64,000 nt of DNA from Takakia lepidozioides. Its lineage: Eukaryota; Plantae; Bryophyta. Under the pieces are notes generated by a model. The model worked only from the letters and a program-made list of their open reading frames with translations, was not told where the DNA came from and searched no databases. Of the stretch, positions 37,198 to 49,814 are shown in pieces. The stretch lies in assembly GCA_030704615.1 (NCBI GenBank), contig CM060733.1, forward strand, positions 75,144,001 to 75,208,000, read 5' to 3'. How positions within the stretch are numbered: position 1 is the stretch's first letter; the number at the start of each line of letters is the position of its first letter. The position numbers and the translations under genes are program-made.

Positions 37198-37900
37198 ATC
37201 CTCCCAGAGATGTCTGTATCTGGAAAGGACAAGGCTCCATATCCGCCTCCATGAGGCCCAAACCTGCAATAGCAGCTCTGCCCAACATCAGTGGCTGGGC
37301 TCCCGAGTCCAACAAGACCCGCAGTGACCGGTACTTCTTGCCTGCCGGTCCACTCAAAGTGAAAATGCCTCCCTGGTTGTCTAACAAGACAACTCCAGGT
37401 GTCACCGTGGCGCGCTCAAAGGTTGGCCTAGCTGGCAGCTCCGTCAATCTGGCAGCTGCAGCTTGCCAGGGCGCTGCCGTGGCAGTCTTGACCCTCAAAT
37501 CCGAGGATCCTTCTGCCACTACACCTTCCACTAACTCCGCAGAAGATGAAGTGACCTCCCCACTCTCACAGAGTGTTGCCGCTAGTCTGAACACTGCAGC
37601 TGGTCTCACTCCCGGCGTCGCAATCATGGTTGCCGAGAACAGTGGGGCTTGACACACATCAGTTGGCTATTAGACTGCAGCCGGATCATCCTGTAGATGG
37701 CTCAGTGATGCGAGCCAAAGCCATTGTGACAGACGCGGTCTCTTACGATGTCCTCATTGGTGGGGCAGTTTTATACCCCATGGGCTTCACCCTGGACTTC
37801 TGGGAGGAGTCAGCATTCTACAGGCCTGGATGGCAGTCAGGGGATGGTTGCCGTGCACAGCTCCCCGTGACATTCATTGGGGGTATTGCAGCTGCCCAGC
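37198..37900. pseudogene. Aspartic protease; N-terminal half inverted (~37198-37653, minus strand), C-terminal half on plus strand
   Basis: VLLDSGAQ..QIQTSLGG on minus; SYDVLIGGAVL on plus. Confidence 0.75.
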
Positions 37901-38229
37901 GGGGCAAGATACCAACACTAGCTGCCTTCACAGCTGCAGTTAGTTGGCCTGGAGAGTTGCTGGAAGGCAATGCCCATGCAGAGGATGTACCACCTCCAGC
38001 AGAGCAGGATGACATGCATGGTACGGTGGAGTTGCCTGCCATGGTTGCTCACACTCCATTGTGGGGTACAAGCAAGGATTTGCAGCAAGCAGCTGCTGAT
38101 AGACGGGTGCAACAAGCTTGGTTAGAAGCTTTTGTACCGTCAGGAGAGGAGGAGAGTGCGGTGATTGCACCAGGGAAACCTCAGTTGTTGCCATTGGACA
38201 CCACACCTCTTGTGTGGCAGCGGCCGGAT

Positions 38230-39200
38230 GAAGGCATATGCCTTCTGGACTTATTTGGCGGGATCAGCACTGGATTGGCTGCAGTGCTTCAGGCAGGTGT
38301 ATGAGTTCGACGTTACCTGTATGTGGAGAGGGATGAGACTGCACAACGCATCTCACTGCGCCATGTTGCTCAGATGGTGCAGCAGCACCCTGAGTTGTTG
38401 CCGGTGTCTGCAGTTCGTGGATATCAGCAGGCCTTGCCAGCAGACATTGCGTTGCTGGGGGGCAGGATTTGGAGCGGGTTGGCTCTATTGATCTGGTAGG
38501 GCAGGTTGGCCCTGCCAAGGGCATTCATCAGCCCGGCATGGCAATGGATTGCGAGACTCGAGGACGGGTCTGTTTTGGGAGATGGTGCGGATTTTGCGCC
38601 ACTTGCAGCTTCATCAGGCTGTATCTCCGGCATACATCTTGGAGAATGTGCCACTGATGGGTGATTCTCGGGCCAGGGTGATGGCCAGTGTGCATCAAGT
38701 CCGGTCGTGGCTTGGGTCAGCAGTGTTGCTGGATGCAGCGCTGCAGTGGGGTCACGAGCTCATCGTCCACGGCTTTGGTGGACTAACTTGATTGCCCACC
38801 CGCACTGCTCAAGCGTGCATTTGATGGGGTGCAGCGCCCAAACACCTCACCATGGTGGCATTTTGGACACAGGGAGGTAGTCTCAACGTGTGAGACATAA
38901 TGACCATTCGCCGTTGGCAGTGGTCAACAGGATGGGTCACCCACGAGCAGCATTACCTACATTGCTCAGCTTCCCAAGCTCCCATGCTTTTCGGGATGGT
39001 GGACCTGGCCTCCTGTGGGATGCTCAGTTGCAGCAGTTAGTGGAGCCTAATGCCGACGAGCGGAGAGCGGGCTATGGGGTTTTTCCACTGGGACCACGGC
39101 GGTGCCTTCTCTTTCTGAGGCATCACGTCGTCAGGTGTTGGGCAAGCAATGGATCTCAATTGCTGACCTGGATTGTCAGCTTGGCTATGGCTGAGCAACG
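38230..39200 (+). pseudogene. DNMT3-like C5 cytosine methyltransferase domain within pol
   Basis: LLDLFGGI (I); YVERD (II); GWPCQG (IV, ~38505-38522); ILENV (VI); HRPRLWWTN (VIII); ERAMGF (IX); RRQVLGQAM (X); several frameshifts. Confidence 0.88.
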
Positions 39201-39629
39201 TAGAGTGCGGAGTGCACTTCCCTTGACGGTCTCTCTCTGCCTACCGAGACGGTACAGGCAGCGAGTGGGGGCGAGCCGGTGAGGACCACGGGGTGTAAAC
39301 ATCCATGGCACACGTGGGAGATGCTCGAGGTTCAGAGGGAGTTGGCAGCCAAAGCAGCTGTGATGGATGAGGTGGGGGGGGATTCTTCTCGGGATGAGAG
39401 GTTCTCAATGATGAGATGATGGGGCAGGATGAGGCCTTGTCATTGACTGAGCAGGAAGGAAGTACTGCTCAAGAGGTTGCAGCATAGCAACCCGGGACGC
39501 GTCCTCTACCCCTAAGCCCACTGGACTTAAGGTTGCAGTTATGGAGGACAACTGGGAGCCTGACATTGGACCCATTGTCACCGGAGAGAGAGACGACATA
39601 TAATACGGCGGTTCCTGAGGGCTTACAGG

Positions 39630-42300
39630 AATTGCTTTGCCTTCAGTTTGAAGGACTTGGGAGCACTGAAGGGTCAAGAGATCCGTATTGAGTTGGCCAC
39701 TGACACGCCAATCTTTTGGAGACCCTATAGATACAGTGACATGGAGAGGTCTTTGATTCAGATGAGGACTCAAGATCTCTGGGAGGCAGGTTTGGTGGAG
39801 CTCTCTGGTGGAGAGTATGCTTCAGCCACAGTGATGCCAGCTAAGAAGGATGTCTATGGCAATTGGACGGAGAGACGTATGTGCGGTGATTACCGGCGTG
39901 TAAATCGTCAGACCAAGTCCGATAGGTATGCCATGCCAACCCCAGAGGGGATCTTTGATGCCATTGGGCATTCCAAGGTCTTTAGCACGTTGGATTTACG
40001 ATCCGGATATCACAGTTGCCGATCAAGGAGGCGGATAAGCAAAAACGGCATTCTGGGGGAATCAATGAGCACGGGAAGGATTGCCTATACCAGTGGCGGT
40101 TTCTTACCATTTGGGGTAAAAAAAACGCTCCCGCTGAGTTTCAAAAGAGTCATGGACAGGATTCTAGCAGGGGTGGAGTTTGCTCGGTGCTACATAGATG
40201 ACATCATCATCTTTAGTGCTACGGTGGAGGAGCATGAGAGACACCTTCAGGGGGGTATTTGAGCGCTTAGGACGCACGGATTGAAGTTACATCCGGGCAA
40301 GTGCAAGTTTTTCCACACCCAGATTGAGTATCTGGGTCACATGATAATCCCTGGAGGATTGGGAGTACAGCAGACTAAGGTTGAGTCCATTTGCACAGGT
40401 TCCACGCCCCACGGATGTGAGCCGAGTTCGAGCTTTCATGGGGTTAGCAAAACTATTACAGACGGTTTGTTAAGGGATTTCAGTGCCATTGCAAAGGCTC
40501 TAACCAAGCTGACCAAGGTGGACCAGGAGTGGCAGTGGGAATATGAGCAAAAGAACAAGCTTTTCAAGAGCTCAAAGGCCGAGGTTTGACCCTCGGCGCC
40601 CATCTTGAGACGACCTATCAGGGGCCCTTTTCAGCTGATACAGATTGGAGCATGCTGGGGCTTGGAGCGGTGCTCACACAGGTGGATGATGAGGGAAGAG
40701 AGTTCGTAGTGGCTTATGCTAGCCGCTCGAACAATGCTGCAGAGTCTAAGTATAGCTCATATGAGGGAGAATGCTTAGCTGCAGTGTGGGCCGTGGCACA
40801 CTTCAGGTGCTATCTATATGGCAATCTCTTCACCCTTGTCACGGATCACCAACCACTCAAGTGGTTGATGGAGTCAGACAAGCTTACGGGGAAGCTTGCA
40901 CGGTGGGCACTCATCCTTCAAGAGTATGACTTTCAGGTGGTGCATCGACCGGGTTTGGTCAATCGCAATGCAGATGGGTTGAGTCGCAATCCATGCACGA
41001 GCCAGCAGGATGACACTGGAGCTCGGTGGCATGGTGAGACGGACAAGGAGATGGTGCCCGGATGGCATGCATCTGCATTTCTGTGTATTTGGCAGCGGAA
41101 GGCCAGGTTGGACCTGCAACAGGGATGACTGTAGATCAAGTGTCTGAGGACCCTGAGGCCAGCAATGAGCAAGGTGGCACCAAAGATATACATGAGGATT
41201 CAGTTGTGTTGGACTACCTCCGCACTGGAGACACGACAGCCACTGTGACTGCCAAGGAGAGGGATCGGATCCTACAACGAGCCAAGAGGTTCAAGTGGGA
41301 GGGGACACACCTGCTCCGAGTGTGGGAGGATGGTCGAGTGAGGATTGTGCCTCACCCAACACAGCGGGCACGGTTAGTGCGCCATGCCCATGAGGAGTTG
41401 GGGCATTTTGGGGTGCGACGCACTCATAGTCTACTGCAGGGGCAGTATTGGTGGCGTGGTATGCACACAGAGGTGCAACAATTTGTGGCTAGGTGCATGG
41501 TGTGTGACAGGGTGCGTGCTTCATTCAACGCCCCTAATCCACAATTGCACCCTCTTCCGATCATGGGATTGGGCTACAGGTGGAGTCTTGACTTCGCAGG
41601 GCCGTTGCCACTGACCATGCGCCACAACAAGTACGTGTTGGTGATGGTGGAGCACTTCTCCAAGTGGATTGAATTGGTTCCATTGCCTGATAAGGCTAGT
41701 GAGGGAGCTGCGTATGCATTCCTGGATTGTGTGCTTAGCCGATTCGGTGCTCCAGCTGAGGTACTCACGGACCAAGGGAGAGAGTTCTTGGGGGAGTTTC
41801 AGGCTTTGTGTGACAAGGCCTTGATAGACCACCGCACCACTTCTCGGGATCATCCTGAGGCCGATGGCTTGGCAGAGAGAGTTGTTCAGACAGTAAAGAG
41901 GGGTTTGCGCAAGTATGGCTTGCAGAAGGGACACCTAGAGGATTGGGACCTTCAGTTACCCTAGTTAGCCATGGGCTACAGGTTCAGCAAGCAAGCATCA
42001 CTTGCCTCCTTCTCACCATACTTTCTTCTCTTTGGCCGAGAGCCGGATTTGCCTACATCCATTCGCAGAGAAGCTGCTACAGTTCTTAACCTTGACGATC
42101 CGGACGTGTGGGCACGTGCATGTGAGCAGCGTGCAGAGTTGTTCAAGAGAGTCATGCCCATGGCTTTCGAGAACCTTGCCATTGCACAACACCGTGATAC
42201 GTTGAGGTATGTACCATACGTGGTGGGGGCTATCGTCCTGGGGTTCGGAGATTCAACCCTGGTGACTATGTCTATCTGCAGCAGACTGCTCCTACGACCC
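39630..42300 (+). pseudogene. RT - RNase H - DDE integrase
   Basis: CYIDD; YEGECLAAVWA..TDHQPL; H-H-C-C then WSLDF, LTDQG, AER. Confidence 0.93.
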
Positions 42301-42483
42301 TGGATGTGACTGCAGGACGTGTTATTTTGAGGGTTCGAGAGGTCTTGCCCTCAGGCGTCTTGGTCTTGGAGGGTCGGGATGGCATAACTTGGAAGGACCA
42401 TGTGCGTAATTGTGCGCCATGTCACCTTCCGAATGTCGATGGCAGGATTGACCCAAACCTGGTAGTGGTATCTGCAGGTTTGA

Positions 42484-42629
42484 GGTGCATGTTGTGTGGG
42501 TCTGCTAAAGGGGCAGCCACCATGCTGGTGTGTGATCGATGCTCTAGAGGTTGGCATATGGGATGCTTGACTCCACCTCTTGAGGTGGTTCCGGATGGGG
42601 ATTGGTTATGTCCACATTGCATTGGATAA
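42484..42629 (+). CDS. C-terminal PHD finger on the integrase
   Basis: CMLC..MLVCDRCSRGWHMGCLTPPLEVVPDGDWLCPHC (C4HC3). Confidence 0.9.
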
Positions 42630-42878
42630 TGGGAGTGGATACAACCATGGAAGGCTAACAAGAAACGCAAGGCCCAGCTACTAGGAGACCTTGAACACAC
42701 GAGGTCCTGGCTCAAGTTCACAGATTGCAAGATGGCGACTAACGATGGGGCTACTCTTGTACCCGGCCTCTTGGTCTATAGAGTTTGAGTACAATAGGGA
42801 CAGTGATAGAGGACTTAGTACGGCTGTGGCTATTACATCTTGTAGCTATCTGGAGGTAGAGGGACCTATCCACCAGCT

Positions 42879-42887
42879 AGGGGGGCG
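42879..42887 (+). promoter_or_regulatory. Polypurine tract before B1
   Basis: AGGGGGGCG immediately upstream of ATTGTGGCAG. Confidence 0.6.
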
Positions 42888-43401
42888 ATTGTGGCAGACT
42901 ACTTTATTGTGCATATATGTGTGGTGTGGTTTGGACAGCGATGTAGTTGTGTAGCGATATGTATGCGCACGACAGCTGTCAAGTTAAATAAGCACAGTGT
43001 GAAACAGCTAGAATAAAACTAGTTATTTGTATTTAACACTTGGATTTAGGTCAAGTGTTAAATCAGGTGTCAAGTTTAGTTTGACACCTGGTCCGTCTTA
43101 TCTTCACGAGAGCGGCAGTCGCGCAGCTCATCTCTCTCGAGTTGAGCCTGCGCGACCGAGCTCCTTCATGTGCTTATGATGGGAGTGTAGGTTGTTGTGG
43201 GGTGGAGTCCCCATAGCTTGGGGTGCCCTTGGCTCGACTTCTGTTTTAAAGAGTGATAGCGATGGATTCATGTTGTTTCTGGTGTGAGCAGTGTGTTTTC
43301 TAGTTTTCTTATCTATTGTGGCAGACTACTTTATTGTGCATATATGTGTGGTGTGGTTTGGACAGCGATGTAGTTGTGTAGCGATATGTATGCGCACGAC
43401 A
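42888..43401 (+). repeat. 3' terminal block B1-GC-A2-T-B2
   Basis: B1 and B2 are 87-bp copies; B1/A2 junction GACAGCTGTC. Confidence 0.93.
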
Positions 43402-44959
43402 AGTTCTTTCTCATCCCTCCAAGCCTCATCATCTTCAGGCACATCACTGCCATCTTCATTATCATCATCTTCCTCAACTACTGGAGGTATTAGTTTGGCT
43501 TTGCTTCTCGTTTCTATCATTGTACTTACTTCTGGTACAACACATGGCCTAACCATGTGAGCTGCCACCATTGGGCCCTCATTCACAGGAGCTCTCATCT
43601 CATTCTGGTGTCTAATCCAGAATGAACAGGCTGCCTTGCAATGTCCTGTCTGATTACAATAGTAACACAGTTCTTCACCATTGGGTCCTCGCCCTTGGTC
43701 TGCTCTAGGATTATTTCTGTAATCCTGATTCCCTGGCTGGTAATTCCCCCTTGGATTACCCTGATAGTTGCCTCTGGAATTTCCTTGGTAATTCCCTCTT
43801 AAATTACCTCTCCCTTCCATGCCATTGTTATAACCACCAGGCCTACCATAGTGGTCCTGATCACTGTTTCTTCTTGGCTGGGGCTGCACTTGATGCACCC
43901 TTACTTGCCTAGGTTCTCTAACTGCTGTCCTTCTGTTATAGTAACAATTCTCAATAGAATGGTTATCCATTTTACAGATAGTATAGTGTTTCTCCTTCAT
44001 GTGGCATTCAGTGGTGGTATGGCCTTCATTCTGGCACTTTGCACACCAAACACCCTTCCTCCAATGTGTTGCAGCCTCTGTGGCATACTTCTTCAAGATT
44101 TCTTCTAATCTTTTCTCATAGTTATCCCTCTTCAACTTCTCCTTTCTCTTACTCTTCCTTTTCAGCTCTTGCTCTTCTTCCTCATCCGACTCATCCTCAG
44201 AGTCCTCATCATCCCTTTTCTCTATCCCAATTGGGAATTGAGCATTCCCAATTGCTCAATTTTGTTCGCTGTTTCAAATGCCTCCTCCACTGTATTATGG
44301 GGTAACATATCCACTTTCTTTTGCAACTCTGGTCTTAGTCCACTCACAAACCAAGTCTTCTGTAAACCTGGTGCTGGTACAGCAGCCAGCTTTTTCATCA
44401 TCAATTCCATCTTTTCCATATACTCCTCAACAGTTTCATGCTTCTTTTGCTTTAACTGTTGTAAACTTCCATATACTTCATCCTCAGTTTTACTTGTCCT
44501 GAACCTATTTCGGAATGCTGTATTCAAGCCATTCCAGGTTAGGAAATGATTATCAGGAAATCTTGCATACCATTCACTTGTCTTCTTGATAAGGGAACAA
44601 GGAAACAGTCTCATCTTGGCATCATCGCCATTCTCATTGTTCACTATACACATGTGCTCAAATTGGCTAATGTGTACATCGGGATCCCCTTTTCCTGAAT
44701 ATATTGGAAAAGCTGGCTTTACCCGTGTTGGTTGTAATGCCATCTGTGGCCCTACCCTCTACCCACTGACAGATGCTGGCACCCTTGCTGGTGCTAGTCC
44801 TTGAGGACCTGTTGTAGTTGTGGTGGATCTTCCACCCAGTGGTGGCCCCTGAGCACTCCCTGCTACTGGCCCCACGATATTCACAGTATTCCCAGCTCCA
44901 GTTGCAAGGTGAGTTCAGGTGAGTCCTATGATTTGGACATATGCCATTTATGTATACCA

Positions 44960-45440
44960 CCAACAGTACAGTCATTGGGCTTCAAGTCCATGTATGCTTA
45001 CGGCAATCACTTTCGAGCAATAAGTGATGGGACTGGCGCCAGAGACAGGGTGACATTTGATTCTGGAGTTGCTCAAGTATTCCATCAGGAAAGCGAAAAC
45101 AGAGCAGGTATGTCCAGACGAGTGTTATCCCAATTGGAATATGTGGGTGTTGTAAGAGAAATAATTCAACTGGATTACGGAATTCTTCACCCAATTCTAT
45201 TCTTGTGTACATGGGTGAGGTCACAAAATGGGGCTGGAATGCCACCATGAAACGAGATGATTATGACTTTCTCTTGGTTGACTTCAGTCGCATGTTGCCT
45301 GGGATGGAGCAGCCCTGGACATTCCTAGTCAGGTGGAGCAAGTTTTTTCTCGGATGAAAAAAGTTCACGAGGGAACTAGAAGGTGGTCCTTCACAAGGAC
45401 CCTCGATCCCGACGAGTGGTTCACGATATACAGAAGTGGC
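44960..45440 (+). pseudogene. CACTA/EnSpm transposase-associated fragment (DUF4216-like)
   Basis: YGNHFR..TFDSGVA..EYVGVVREIIQLDY..LFLCTWV..QVEQVFF; homologous to the 3' part of 56135-57349. Confidence 0.7.
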
Positions 45441-45537
45441 ACTGGGTGAGGGAGACATTTAGTAGGCATGGTGCCTCCTGAAATTCCTCATAACATCATG
45501 ACTGAGCTTGCTGTTTGTGTTCCTTTGAGTGAGGCAG

Positions 45538-47245
45538 ATGAATTGGCCATTGCCAACTTGAATGCACCTGCAAGGCAAAGGCGAAATGGTAGAAGGCGGG
45601 GCAAGCTCCACATGGGAGGTTACCAAGCCAGTTGTGCTATGGTGTAGAGTTGGTTTCTGCTATTGCATGTACTTTTCCAGGGTTTAGACTTGATACAGCA
45701 TGGTGCCTTCCATGGGTGGGAGTGACTGAACTGTTGGGGTGGGCAGAATTCTGACAAACACACTTTCATTTGTGACAGTGAACCCTAAACAGTCATGAAG
45801 CTGTGGCATGAATACTTTTCTGACCCTAATCAATGGTGGCCCAATTGTGGGAAAAAGGTGAATGCATGTTGGATTATAGAGAGTAGCAGATGCAATTGAG
45901 CATAGGAAATAGTGTGAGAAGTTGAGTTGGGTGTTTCCTTGAACAAATGTAGGCTGTTATTGTCAATTGCTACCAGCAAGGCAAAGATGTATGCATGATT
46001 TGTGAGAGGCATGGATAGCTGAAGGAGCAGGGATAGAGTGTGGGTCCAGATTCATCCAAGAGGGCCACCATTTCAAGCACAACATTGCCTATGATTCCTT
46101 GTGGAAGGATTGGTACAAGAAACCTGCATGGGTAGATGGTCAACTGGAAGCCGCAGCAGCGGCACAATTGGTAAAATCAGGCGATGAGGGCACCTTCTTC
46201 AACACATTTCAGCCTGTTTTTCCCCCTTATCACAATCGGCCCTAAATTTTGAATTATGCAAGTTAGCTGGTTGACTGAATCTTTGATAGATTGGAGTGAC
46301 TTTGACATGATACTGCCAATGTGACAACAGGAAAGTATCCAGAAACAGGTACAAGAGATGAGGAGAAGGTGTGGAATGAATACTTTTCTGATTTGGTCAA
46401 GTTTAGGGAGTGTTCAACACCATGGCTGAACAAGATGTGGTGTCGTGGAGCGCGATGCTTGCAGGATGTGCACAGCAGTGAAGTGGGATGGAGCCTTTGA
46501 ATTGCTGAATTGGCCATTGCCAACTTGAATGCACCTGCAAGGCAAAGGCGAAATGGTAGAAGGCGGAGGCAAGCTCTACATGGGAGGTACCAAGCCAGTT
46601 GTGCTATGGTGTAGAGTTGGTTTCTGCTATTGCATGTACTTTTCCAGGGTTTATACTTGATACAACATGGTACCTTACATGGGTGGGAGTGACTGAGCTG
46701 TTGGGGTGGGCAGAATTCTGACAAACACACTTTCATTTGTGACAGTGAACCCTAAACAGTCATGAAGCTGTGGCATGAATACTTTTCTGACCCTAATCAA
46801 TGGTGGCCCAATTGTGGCAAAAATGTGAATGTCTGTTGGATTACAGAGAGTAGCAGATGCAATTGAGCATATGAACTAGTGTGAGAAGATGAGTTGGGTG
46901 TTTCCTAGAACAAATGTAGGCTGTTATTGTCAGCTGCTACCAGCAAGGCAAGGATGTATGCATGATTTGTGTAGAGGCATGGATAGCTGAAGGAGCAGGG
47001 ATAGAGTGTGGGTCCAGATTCATCGGTGAGGGCCACATTTCAAGCACAACATTGCCTATGATTCCTTGTGGGAGAATAGCTACAAGAAACCTGCATGGGT
47101 AGATGGTCAACTGGAAGCCGCAGCCGCAGCGACACAATTGGTAAAATCAGGCAATGAGGGCACCTTCTTCAACACATTTCACCCTGTTTTTCCCTCTTAT
47201 TAGAATCGGCCCTAAATTTCCATGTTGAATTCTGCAAGTTAGCTG
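45538..47245. repeat. Direct duplication of a ~730-bp segment (45538-46270 and 46507-47245)
   Basis: Both start TGAATTGGCCATTGCCAACTTGAATGCACC and end TGCAAGTTAGCTGGT. Confidence 0.85.
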
Positions 47246-47256
47246 GTGGTGGACAC

Positions 47257-47620
47257 ATGTATAGCAAATGTGGGAGCACTGAGGATGCGTGTTCAACACT
47301 ATGGCTGAACAAGATTGTGCGTTTGCAGTGCGTGTGCAAGTCTGGCAGCTTTGGATGCATCACCAAAGTTGGAATTGTAACAGATGCGATCCAAATGTGG
47401 GGAGCATCAAGGGTATGCCAAATGCCTCGTATGCCAAATGTGGGAGCATCAAGGGCAAACCTGGCAGCTCTGGAAAAGGGAAGAGGTCCATGGCTTCATT
47501 GTCAAAGCTGGAATTCTACCTGATGTGATTCTGAACAATGCCCTCGTGGACATGTATGCCAAATGTGGGAGCATCAAGGATGCGAAGGCAGTTTTCCAAC
47601 ACTATGGCTCTTGGAGTGAT
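47257..47620 (+). pseudogene. PLS-class pentatricopeptide repeat fragments (another at ~46390-46500)
   Basis: MYSKCGSTEDA; EVHGFIVKAGILPDVILNNALVDMYAKCGSIKDAKAVF. Confidence 0.8.
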
Positions 47621-49814
47621 TTTGACATGTACCAGCGAAGGGGAGAAAGTGGGCCCCTCAGTAGACGAGTTGAAAAGCACTAGTTAAAAAGCACTGGCGC
47701 TTGATAGGGTGGGGCATAATTCAGGCTGGGGTGATCATTGATATCCCGGACGCAATGTAAAAAAGATGGTTGTGAGTGAAGGACACCCATAGCAAAAAAA
47801 CCCTGCTGTCTCAAAAAGGAGGCAGTCACAAAGAGCAAGGCACTTTGTCCAAGCTTCTCGAATCTAGCAACAATGTGGACAGGGATTGAGTCATTGGGAA
47901 CAATTTATGTAAGGTGGCGAAGAAAACCTTGTCTGAGGATCACTGGATATTTCTCTAGTACGGTTGGACTAGTAGAGATTGAAATCTGTGCTCAGCTCAG
48001 CTTCAGACTGTCTCATTGTGAAGGGTCACGGTTGACTGGACAGAAATGGGATTGACATTGTCGGGCTCCCAAATCTCTGAGACGACATGTGGTAGTTTTA
48101 TCTATAGCTTCTCAAAGCAATTGTTTTACATTGTTCATTATAGTGTGACATTCTCATAACGATATTGTCGTCAGCTGCATGAGCAGTGCATCTTTTTGGA
48201 TTGTTGGTCCCCATAACCCTAATAACCTTTTTGAACTTTTTAAATTCTCTAAACAAAAGTCTATGTGTTATGTCGTCCAGGGCATGTTGAATAGAGGTGG
48301 AAGTCATTTTATCCATCCATCTTCCACCTGGATGGTCAATGGGCCAAGTCATATCCACCTTGTTGGTCAATGTGCCACGCCATATAATTGCCCCAAATTC
48401 CTGTAGGACATCTGACACTCACCTCACACTCCATGACTCATTTGACACTCATGTCAAATGCCCCATATGAATTATCTTGGTCAACGTCTGTTGACCGTAT
48501 GGGTGTCATTCGAGTGTGAAATTTGTAACACCATGTGGCTTTTCCTACAATGATCCAAATCACACCTTGCCTCGTCTCACATGGGTGTAAGAAGAGCCGT
48601 TCAAAGTGCCAGGTGTGAACTATGGGTGGTGTTGGAAAAACCGGTTTCTGTAGTAGTGTATAAAGCCCTGGATTCCTCGTGCTCAAAACGTAAGGCACTC
48701 ACTGCACCACGATCACCATCGCTCTGCAGTCCACCATCAGTTTGCTCTAGCACTCCATCTGTGTCCCATTGGCCCTGTGTTCCATCTCCCGTTTCCTCAT
48801 GTGCATCACTTGTTTGCACCCCGTTATCTATGGTTGCAAATGTCTCCCGAAGCATTCTAAGCATGTTACGATTACGATCCAAGGTATCAGGACCACCTGT
48901 AGGGCTGGTTTCCGTCCTAAACCCCTCATGTTCGTCTCCAGAGTTTTCCTGCTTAGTACATATCAGATGCCACATGTCAGTTCACTATAAGATGGGGAGT
49001 TTTTTCATTTGCAGTAGTGGATGTGGAACGTGCCATTATACACACGTGGCAATAGGAAAACGGGCATGTACAATACTCTACACCTTACAAAAATACCGCT
49101 ACCAGGAATTTGAACTGTTTCTTATAATTTCAAAGTATGCATCTGCAAAGGGAAGAGAGTCCAGAGAGATGCACCGAGAGTTCTCATAAGTTAGGATCTC
49201 GCAAGTTCATAAGTAGATGACGCTTAGCCCGGCCAATGGTTTGCCAGTCCACCATGGCAGGCATTGCATGGACGTAAAAACCTTCAGATTTTTTGGCTTT
49301 GTTAAAATTAGGGCTTCCCTGACAGGAATTTTCCCTCGCACGTGATTACAGGTTTTTGCCCCGAGACGGGGGCTGTAATCCCAGATTATGGAATTTGTCC
49401 CCTGACAGGTTGGCATATTTTATTCTTAATATTGGGCAGACGATTTTCAAACTTGGGCAGCGAGCTACAATGACATGAAAATGAAACCCTAGTGGCAACG
49501 TAGAGGAGAAACGGGCAGTTTCAGAAACGGGCAGCTTCATTTTTTACGAAAGGTAAAGCTCTCGCCCTTGGACTTTCCTGGATTTTCGACCCCTGCCTTC
49601 GGGCTCCGCCCTCGGGACAGGCGCCTCAAATCCAGGAAAGTCCTCGGGCGAGGGCTTTACCTCTTACATAGAATTTTCCGAAGACCCAGTCTTCTTGCTC
49701 GCGCTTCCTCTAGTTTCCACAGTTTGTCATCGTCATGTTCTGCTTGTCTCCGCCTTTGCAACCGACGGGCAGTAGGAGGGATCATCTTAGCGAGTGAGCG
49801 AGACTTGTCAAGAA

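Noticed and set aside
48098-48975. Minus-strand ORF fragments that look exon-like
   Set aside because: No motif I can recognise; needs a profile search
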